The notes below the pieces were generated by a model that was not told the origin of the DNA, searched no databases, and worked only from the letters and a program-made list of their open reading frames with translations. A DNA stretch of 42,294 bases from a virus (taxonomy: Duplodnaviria > Heunggongvirae > Uroviricota > Caudoviricetes): positions 1-42,294 of IMG/VR virus record IMGVR_UViG_3300003310_000099; one strand, given 5' to 3'. A program made the position numbers and the translations under genes. The first letter of the stretch is position 1. Each line of letters opens with the position of its first letter. Below are positions 27,518 to 33,709 of the stretch, one piece after another.

Positions 27518-27550
27518 AAGAGTGGAGACGACAAAGAGGAGGAAGGGAAA

Positions 27551-27784
27551 ATGGAAAATCAAGTAATTGACGCAGTACCTCAGATTCACATTCGCTACGA
27601 CGGTCGTAGCATTGACATTCCTTTGAGCGAAGTAGACGTTGGTGTTCTGTCTACGGACGAACAGATTCGTGCTGCTGTCGCTGAGAACCTTGGTGTGCCA
27701 GTCGGAAAGCTTCGCGCTTTCGCCATCGACCGCAACCAAGAGACGAATCACCTGACCCTTCGTCCAGAAGCGGTTTGGGGTTGA
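27551..27784 (+). CDS. putative ubiquitin-like (beta-grasp) small protein ending in Gly (...LRPEAVWG)
   Basis: 77 aa from ATG 27551 with purine-rich SD; beta-beta-alpha-beta-beta pattern (IHIRY-SIDIP-helix DEQIRAAVAENL-FAID-LTLR); C-terminal Gly. Confidence 0.6.
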   Translation: MENQVIDAVPQIHIRYDGRSIDIPLSEVDVGVLSTDEQIRAAVAENLGVPVGKLRAFAIDRNQETNHLTLRPEAVWG

Positions 27785-27870
27785 AATTTTTGATCCCCAG
27801 GCATGGGGCTGACTTGGTGGGGAGTTATGAAAAGAATTGCCAAGTGATAATTAGGAACCATGCCAAATTT

Positions 27871-28001
27871 GCGGGAGTAGCTGAATAGTAAATAGTTTTT
27901 TATACTTAGACGGGCTAAACTCCGTCTCCGACTTGAAAAACTTACAAACAAGCGTCAGTATTCTAAACTGAAGTATGTGGGTGCGACTCCCACCTCCCGC
28001 T
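27871..28001 (+). ncRNA. module 13 (type B): tRNA-Arg(TCT)-like RNA with Y-like module in the D-loop
   Basis: GCGGGAG/CTCCCGC; GCT/AGC; AGTTTTT/AAAAACT; ACTTAGACGG...CCGTCTCC; CTTACAAAC; TCAGT-ATTCTAA-ACTGA; GTGGG-TGCGACT-CCCAC. Confidence 0.8.
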
Positions 28002-28002
28002 C

Positions 28003-28186
28003 TTTTTCCTGATAGTGCCAGCACCGACCCCGAAATGTTACCAAACAGGGGTGGTAAACGGCGGGTAACACCGCTAGTCCCTTTGACCGCTCAAGAGTTG
28101 GCTGATTACTCTTCGGAGGAAAAACAGCTTTTGGGCAACAACCCTGTTCCTCAACATAAAGTGTTGGGGTGGCCGTTCAGGAAAAA
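28003..28186 (+). ncRNA. unidentified structured RNA
   Basis: 10-bp closing stem TTTTTCCTGA/TCAGGAAAAA; hairpins; TGTTAC/GTAACA loop-loop complementarity. Confidence 0.55.
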
Positions 28187-28187
28187 T

Positions 28188-28254
28188 TCCGTCTCCTAAA
28201 AAGGAAGCTTACAAACTAGCCAATGTTTAACACAGCTTCCTAAACTAAGACGGA
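28188..28254 (+). ncRNA. module 14 (type A): minimal Y-RNA-like RNA
   Basis: TCCGTCT/AGACGGA; AGGAAGCT/AGCTTCCT; CTTACAAAC; T-rich tail. Confidence 0.8.
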
Positions 28255-28277
28255 TTTATTTTTATTTTAAGTGACTT

Positions 28278-28405
28278 GTTTTGTCCCCAATGTTGAGAAC
28301 TTACAAACAATTTGCTCAACGGTAGAGCATCAACCTCCAAAGTTGAAAGTGTTGGTTCAAATCCAGCATTGTTTACCAAAACAGTTTTCAAGACTTGGAC
28401 GAAAC
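28278..28405 (+). ncRNA. module 15 (type A): Y-like stem enclosing an intact tRNA-Trp
   Basis: GTTTTGTCC/GGACGAAAC; GAGAAC/GTTTTC; ACTTACAAAC overlaps the tRNA 5' end. Confidence 0.85.
28305..28378 (+). tRNA. tRNA-Trp(CCA) with encoded CCA end, nested in module 15
   Basis: AAACAAT/ATTGTTT-A-CCA; GCTC-AACGGTA-GAGC; TCAAC-CTCCAAA-GTTGA; GTTGG-TTCAAAT-CCAGC. Confidence 0.8.
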
Positions 28406-28409
28406 GAGA

Positions 28410-28501
28410 TGGCTAGTAGCTTAACGGTAAAGCACTTGCTAAGTCGGGCGTTAAAACCTGACCTGTAAGAAGAAGTAGGGTTCAACTCCCTGCCTGGCCA
28501 C
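28410..28501 (+). ncRNA. tRNA-like RNA with extended anticodon arm
   Basis: TGGCTAG/CTGGCCA; GCTT-AACGGTA-AAGC; CTTGC/GTAAG plus internal loop plus GTCGGG-CGTTAAAA-CCTGAC; TAGGG-TTCAACT-CCCTG. Confidence 0.7.
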
Positions 28502-28503
28502 TT

Positions 28504-28574
28504 TCTGTCCCCTATAGGTAAAACTTACAAACATTACCAATGACGATGCTAAAAGTTTTACAAACTTGGACAGA
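28504..28574 (+). ncRNA. module 16 (type A): minimal Y-RNA-like RNA
   Basis: TCTGTCC/GGACAGA; GTAAAACT/AGTTTTAC; CTTACAAAC. Confidence 0.8.
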
Positions 28575-28592
28575 CTAATATTCAAGAAAATT

Positions 28593-28660
28593 TCCGTCCC
28601 CTATAAGAAGAACTTACAAACACTCAATTATCGTTTAACAGTTCTTTTGACTTGGACGGA
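28593..28660 (+). ncRNA. module 17 (type A): minimal Y-RNA-like RNA
   Basis: TCCGTCC/GGACGGA; GAAGAAC/GTTCTTT; CTTACAAAC; T-run follows. Confidence 0.8.
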
Positions 28661-28680
28661 TTTTTTATTTGCACAGCAAC

Positions 28681-28708
28681 TTGACAGACGCCAAATTTGT
28701 AGTATCAT
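28681..28708 (+). promoter_or_regulatory. sigma70-type promoter for the TROVE gene
   Basis: TTGACA-N16-TATCAT. Confidence 0.7.
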
Positions 28709-28825
28709 GTATGAGTGACAGAAAATGCGAAATATGCAATGAGCCAGCATCATGTTGGTATTATTGCAGTGAGCATCATAGAAGTATTTGTGTAGATGGT
28801 AATAGTCCAAGAGAAGTGAGAGAAA

Positions 28826-28850
28826 AACTAGGACAGGAAACTGTCCCCAA
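28826..28850 (+). promoter_or_regulatory. P1-type hairpin of the array module adjacent to the TROVE SD
   Basis: AACTAGGACAG-gaaa-CTGTCCCCAA then c-AAGGAG-N8-ATG. Confidence 0.7.
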
Positions 28851-28865
28851 CAAGGAGAATTGAAA

Positions 28866-30368
28866 ATGGCTAATACTGAAATTGATACCCGTCTCAACAT
28901 CCTTAACACCCTGTTGACCACTCCTCACTGTAAGCTGGATCAGGTTTACCCGATTCACGCTGAGATGATTAAGCAAGACCCGTTATTCTACGGTCGTTTG
29001 GGTGCATGGTACAATGACACTGGTGACGTTCGTGACCACAAGGAAATGTTCGTCATCAACATGTGCCTGAGTGACTTTGAAGGCCACCGTGACGCTGGAT
29101 TGGCAATGCTGCGTGAAATGCCACCGTACCAGCTTGGCCGTGTCGTAGACTTCATCCACGGTCGTAAGGACACTAAGAAGTCCAAGGCCAAGAAGGGTGA
29201 AACTCCAACCACGACGGTTGAAAACTACGGTTTGTTCAAGAACATTCCGCGTTCCGTCAAGACGGAAGTGGTTCGTTATCTCCGTGAACGTGAAGCGGAA
29301 CCAGAGTGGTTCGATTCTTGCGCCGTCACTGCGCGTAAGTATTTGAAGCGTCTCTATGCTCTCATGCACATTAGCCCAAATGAGCGTGCGCAGAAGATTC
29401 TCTTTGAAGATTTGCCGCCAGAAGATTCCAAGCTGTTCGCAGTGAAGGAACTCTTCAAGGCGAAGACGCCAGCGGAACAGGCCAAGACGATCATGGCGCA
29501 CAAGATTCCGTACCGTATCGCTTCGACGGTCGTTTCTGCCATGACTCCGACCGTACTCTTGGCTTTGATTGAAGTTATGTCGGATATGGAGTTAATCAAT
29601 AACCTTGGTTCTCTCCGTAAGCGTGGTGCATTTGAGAATCCAGACCTCAAGGCACTCATTGAGAAGAAGCTTGAGAAGGCCAAGTCTGGTAAGCGTGTTT
29701 CGGCACTCAAGGCAACTGAAGCCGTTAAGTCGGCTGGTGTTGATGATGCTACGGTCAAGCAACTGGAAGCGGTTGCTGACTCGCAGTTGAAGAAGAAGGG
29801 CCGTATCAATCGCTCTACTGCACTGCTGATTGATAAGTCTGGCTCCATGAGTCAGGCTATCGAATTGGGCAAGCAGATTGGTTCGATGATTTCTGCTATC
29901 ATGGATGCAGATTTGTATGTATACGCTTTCGACACGATGGCGTATCCCCTCAAGGCACAGGGCACCGACCTTGCTTCCTGGGACAAGGCATTGCGTGGTA
30001 TCAACGCTGGGGGTGGAACCTCTTGCGGTGTGCCTCTTGAGTACATGATTCGCAACAAGCAGCTTGCGGAGAACATTATCGTCATCACGGACGAAGGCGA
30101 AAACGGTACTCCTGCATTCGTGCCGACCCTGAAGAAGTACATGGCTGAACTCAAGGCAACCCCTTCTGTCTGCTTTGTAAAGACTACGGGTGCATCGAAT
30201 CAGCTTGAACAGCAGATGCAGCGTGAAGGACTGAACTGTGACGCCTGGCAGTTCAGTGGGGATTACTACAGTCTGCCCAACTTGATCCCCTACCTGTCCA
30301 AGCCATCGAAGGTCGATCTTCTGATGGAAATCATGTGTTACGAAATGCCTGTCCGCAAGACGGCATAA
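28866..30368 (+). CDS. Ro60-like TROVE + vWA domain RNA-binding protein
   Basis: N-terminal helical region (QDPLFYGRL...DVRDHKE; MSDMELINNLGSL resembling the Ro60 MPxxALLRNLG motif) and C-terminal vWA MIDAS (LLIDKSGSM, GGGTSCG, VITDEGEN); SD AAGGAG; biased codon usage (CGT, AAG). Confidence 0.75.
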   Translation: MANTEIDTRLNILNTLLTTPHCKLDQVYPIHAEMIKQDPLFYGRLGAWYNDTGDVRDHKEMFVINMCLSDFEGHRDAGLAMLREMPPYQLGRVVDFIHGRKDTKKSKAKKGETPTTTVENYGLFKNIPRSVKTEVVRYLREREAEPEWFDSCAVTARKYLKRLYALMHISPNERAQKILFEDLPPEDSKLFAVKELFKAKTPAEQAKTIMAHKIPYRIASTVVSAMTPTVLLALIEVMSDMELINNLGSLRKRGAFENPDLKALIEKKLEKAKSGKRVSALKATEAVKSAGVDDATVKQLEAVADSQLKKKGRINRSTALLIDKSGSMSQAIELGKQIGSMISAIMDADLYVYAFDTMAYPLKAQGTDLASWDKALRGINAGGGTSCGVPLEYMIRNKQLAENIIVITDEGENGTPAFVPTLKKYMAELKATPSVCFVKTTGASNQLEQQMQREGLNCDAWQFSGDYYSLPNLIPYLSKPSKVDLLMEIMCYEMPVRKTA

Positions 30369-30390
30369 GAATAGCCGCTGTTCCGCCAAG

Positions 30391-30428
30391 AACAACAATA
30401 TCCACTGTAAAAGGTGGATATTGTTGTT
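30391..30428. terminator. terminator hairpin after the TROVE gene
   Basis: 15-bp inverted repeat AACAACAATATCCAC/GTGGATATTGTTGTT. Confidence 0.75.
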
Positions 30429-30575
30429 TATAGACACTATAATAAGGATTATGAGAGAATTCGTAATAGGTTTTGTTTGCTGTTTTATTTTCATAACCAT
30501 GTTTGGTTGGGTGTCGGCATTGATCTTGTTGGTGGCGTCCATTATTGGCTGGTTATTGATTTCTAAGGGAGATTA

Positions 30576-30929
30576 ATGAATAATGATACAAAGTTTTATT
30601 ATATGGGTCGTGAGCATGGTATAAACGATCAGTGTAATAAGCGTACAAATTTAGTGGAAAATATAAATTCTATGCCTAATCACCCTTGCAAAAGGGTATA
30701 TCCAGCCAAATATTTGGAAGGATATGCAGATGGCTATGAATTAGCAAAAGATAAATATTGGTATATTGTTTCAGTTGCAAATTCCAAAGTTAGCTCGTAT
30801 TATGCGGAAGGTTCTTGGGTTGAAGACAAAGACCAAGCTACTAAATATACTACCAGGGCAGCTTTGGAAGCAGTAATTAAAAGACTTCCAGGTTATCGTG
30901 CTGGTAAGTGCGGTATGAAATTTGAATAA
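30576..30929 (+). CDS. hypothetical protein
   Basis: SD GGGAG; 117 aa. Confidence 0.6.
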   Translation: MNNDTKFYYMGREHGINDQCNKRTNLVENINSMPNHPCKRVYPAKYLEGYADGYELAKDKYWYIVSVANSKVSSYYAEGSWVEDKDQATKYTTRAALEAVIKRLPGYRAGKCGMKFE

Positions 30930-30971
30930 AGGAGAATTGCCAATGTCACTATAGATTTTAATGAAATCAGG

Positions 30972-31445
30972 ATGAAAATGACCAAGACTATTCAACTATT
31001 AGAAGACCAGTTGAAAGGCATAAGAAGATCATCCATCAGTCCTGGTTTTATCGAAACCTTGAAAGTTCCTTACTACGGGCAGATGACTCCCATTCGTTTT
31101 GTGGGGACCGTAGGCAGGTGTCAGGCTGGCATTACTATAACACCGCATGACCCGAACTTGGTGAACAGTATTGCTAAGTCGTTACAAGAGGATAATTTGC
31201 TGAACGCTTATGCGTTCTCAAAAACAACAGTTGTGGTAAGTGTCCCACCTGCTAACACAGGTGAGATTGAAAGAATAAAGTCGCATATCAGGAAATTAGG
31301 CGAAGATGCCAAGATTTCTATCAGGAATTTAAGGAAAAGTGTAAGACAAAATTTGTCCAAGGAAGAACAAAAAGAAATAGATAAGGATTTGCAACTTTTG
31401 ACAGAGGAACATTGCAATAAAATTGAGGATATTATCAATGACTAA
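30972..31445 (+). CDS. frr: ribosome recycling factor homolog
   Basis: LKGIRRSSISPGFIETLKVPYYG...VSVPP...AKISIRNLR...LQLLTEEH pattern of RRF. Confidence 0.85.
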   Translation: MKMTKTIQLLEDQLKGIRRSSISPGFIETLKVPYYGQMTPIRFVGTVGRCQAGITITPHDPNLVNSIAKSLQEDNLLNAYAFSKTTVVVSVPPANTGEIERIKSHIRKLGEDAKISIRNLRKSVRQNLSKEEQKEIDKDLQLLTEEHCNKIEDIIND

Positions 31446-31653
31446 AGAAGAGATTTTAGGGTTGGAAAAACTGGAAACAGAGGCTCAATGGAATGAGGCT
31501 GTTGACCTTTTGGATACTTACATCATGGAAAGGTTCAATACTTTGACGAATACTGAACATGATGAGTTAGATAGACTTTCCGACCTTATTTATGAATATG
31601 AAGAACGTAATGACATGCTATTCAGCGAAGATTTTGAAGAGGGTGAAGTATGA
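31438..31653 (+). CDS. hypothetical protein resembling the HigA-type antitoxin N-terminal helical hairpin
   Basis: TEAQWNEAVDLLD...HDELDRLSDLIYEYE; no HTH follows. Confidence 0.45.
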   Translation: MTKEEILGLEKLETEAQWNEAVDLLDTYIMERFNTLTNTEHDELDRLSDLIYEYEERNDMLFSEDFEEGEV

Positions 31654-31922
31654 TCGTTAATTATGATGAAGTGGTGCGGCAAATGGAAATTAGGTCTGGT
31701 ATCAACAGGATGCCGCTTGAGGATATTGAATGGGTCAGGGATGACGGCACCAAAATTGAATTTGATCCCAAACTTGTGGACGAATTCAAGTTTATTGGTT
31801 TGAACAATATCAGTTTTGTAGAGTTTTTTCTTTCCAGAGTTGTAGGAGGTGAAGAAAAACAATTATTGGAAGAATTGGAGTGGAAAGAAGAAATATACAA
31901 AAAATCCGAGAAGAAAGCTTAG
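31650..31922 (+). CDS. hypothetical protein
   Basis: ATGA overlap, 90 aa. Confidence 0.6.
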   Translation: MIVNYDEVVRQMEIRSGINRMPLEDIEWVRDDGTKIEFDPKLVDEFKFIGLNNISFVEFFLSRVVGGEEKQLLEELEWKEEIYKKSEKKA

Positions 31923-31956
31923 CTGTACCTAGTACATAGATGAAATTGGAGTAAAA

Positions 31957-32160
31957 ATGAATCTTGTCAAGAATTCGATGTATAAAGTGAAACACACTCA
32001 TCCCGATCATCCAGGTAGGATTGGCAGGTTTGAGTTTTTAGGCGGTCCTAGAGCCGAATTTATTCTTCTATCAGACTACATTGATCCACTGCGTCTTTTT
32101 GCTGTTGGATTGTATGACATAGTAGACTTTGATCCCAAAGTTGATAATGTTGTGGAGTAA
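31957..32160 (+). CDS. hypothetical protein
   Basis: SD GGAG; 67 aa. Confidence 0.6.
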   Translation: MNLVKNSMYKVKHTHPDHPGRIGRFEFLGGPRAEFILLSDYIDPLRLFAVGLYDIVDFDPKVDNVVE

Positions 32161-32165
32161 TTCAA

Positions 32166-32744
32166 ATGGGTCGTTTAAAGTGGGAAATTGTTAAGCATCC
32201 TGGTCCGCTTCGTGGTGATGATTGGTATAAGGCGGGTCCGCTTATTAACATTGACCTGATGGATTTATGCGAAGGTAGATTTTGGGGTGGGCATCGTATT
32301 TATATGCAAATTGGGTTTTCGATCCATAAGCTCAGGGGTAAAAATTATCCAAATATTAACTGGACTCACCAGTTAATAGCTCCAAATGGCGTTCATATTT
32401 ACGTTACTAGTGTAGAAGAAGGTAAGGAAATTGCCGAAGTTATTTATGCCAGAATCCTGGCACCGTTAATTGCGGCGGAAAAGGAAACACCTATTGTCAG
32501 AATGCTTCTTCTGAATAAGGAGAAGAACAAGCAAGCAAAGTTGGAAGCTTTGCTCAGAGAAAGAAAAATTGACGGACGAGTGTATTATTCCAACAAGAAT
32601 CCAAAGGGCTGGATGCACATTTGGACCCAGGATCATGGGCCACAGAGATTGGGCTGGGATTATGCCTCTGCTGTCGAGCTAATTGAAAAGGGCACGATGG
32701 ACTTTATGGCCCGTGATAGTGACTTTATGAAGGCTAAATTATGA
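32166..32744 (+). CDS. hypothetical protein
   Basis: 192-aa ORF in operon. Confidence 0.6.
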   Translation: MGRLKWEIVKHPGPLRGDDWYKAGPLINIDLMDLCEGRFWGGHRIYMQIGFSIHKLRGKNYPNINWTHQLIAPNGVHIYVTSVEEGKEIAEVIYARILAPLIAAEKETPIVRMLLLNKEKNKQAKLEALLRERKIDGRVYYSNKNPKGWMHIWTQDHGPQRLGWDYASAVELIEKGTMDFMARDSDFMKAKL

Positions 32745-33709
32745 AAATCCTATATGCAGTTGCTAATCATCCACAACTTTCTGAGGGATATGTAGAATCG
32801 GAAATAAGGTTTGTGGAACAGTCGGGCATAGAAGTTGCTGTTTGGTCAAAAAGACCACCTGGCGCGAAGTATCCCATTACTCGTAAACTCTATGAAGGCA
32901 AGCTTTCAGAAGCAGAAAGTGATTTTAAGCCCGATTTTGTTCATTTTCATTGGCTTACTTTTGCTGCCGAAAATATAGTTGATGTAAAGTCTCCTGTTAC
33001 CATAAGAGGTCATTCTTTTGATTATGATGTAAAAAGGATCAATAAGTTGTGTGTGATGGAACAGGTTAAGGGGATTTTTCTTTTCCCGCATCAAGCTGAA
33101 ACTGTTAGTCATCCCAAGATTGTCCCACTTAAAGTTGGTTATGATAGCAGCAGGTATTCGTTAGAGTTAAATAAGAATAGACGACAAGTAGTCCGTTGCT
33201 GTGCCGCAAGACCGATGAAAGGATTGTTTGATTTTTTAAGTATTGCAAAACTGTGTCCAGACTTTGAGTTTAATCTTTGTGTTGCTGAAGTTTCAGGGGC
33301 TGCAAGTTTTATTCCAAAGCTTAATGAATTTGCAAAGAAAGAAAATAGTCCAGCAAAGATCAGGATAAGTGTACAACCTCCTGAAATGGCTCAGTTAATG
33401 CGAACATCAGGCATTCATGCCCATACTCTTGATCTTCCACAAAACGTTGGCATGTGTATATCGGTGGCGGAAGGTATGGCCTGTGGCAATTATACAATAA
33501 CGAGAGACACGGTTCCACTAACACAAATGATTACTGGAGTCGGTGACACTTATAATACAGTTGCGGAAGCTGCCAAGTTGGTCAATGCCACAAAAAGCTG
33601 GGATGATAAGAAATGGAAAGACATGGCTGATTCAACTGCCTTACAAGCATTACAGTTTGCTGATTTTAATGTATTCCCAGCCATAATTAAAAAGTGGAAT
33701 GAAGCATGA
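32741..33709 (+). CDS. glycosyltransferase (GT-B, family 4-like)
   Basis: PDFVHFHW, KGLFDFLSIAKLCPD, ISVAEGMACG. Confidence 0.75.
   Translation: MKILYAVANHPQLSEGYVESEIRFVEQSGIEVAVWSKRPPGAKYPITRKLYEGKLSEAESDFKPDFVHFHWLTFAAENIVDVKSPVTIRGHSFDYDVKRINKLCVMEQVKGIFLFPHQAETVSHPKIVPLKVGYDSSRYSLELNKNRRQVVRCCAARPMKGLFDFLSIAKLCPDFEFNLCVAEVSGAASFIPKLNEFAKKENSPAKIRISVQPPEMAQLMRTSGIHAHTLDLPQNVGMCISVAEGMACGNYTITRDTVPLTQMITGVGDTYNTVAEAAKLVNATKSWDDKKWKDMADSTALQALQFADFNVFPAIIKKWNEA

Noticed and set aside
24405-28660. CRISPR array interpretation of the repeated motifs
   Set aside because: Repeats are short, bipartite and compensated rather than identical; spacing is irregular; the intervening sequences are tRNA-like folds; no cas genes in the window.
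24381-28660. Short ORFs across the RNA array (24621, 25258, 26456, 27135, 27975, 28271, etc.)
   Set aside because: No SD, TTG/GTG starts, no protein motifs; they overlap clear RNA structures and promoters.
28669-28863. 64-aa Cys-rich ORF before the TROVE gene
   Set aside because: Its possible starts lie within or upstream of the predicted promoter at 28681-28708, so it is more likely 5' UTR; not fully excluded as a leaderless peptide.
29592-30542. 316-aa and other antisense ORFs over the TROVE, fibre, DnaJ and SIMPL genes
   Set aside because: Shadow ORFs arising from codon bias on the coding strand; no motifs or RBS.
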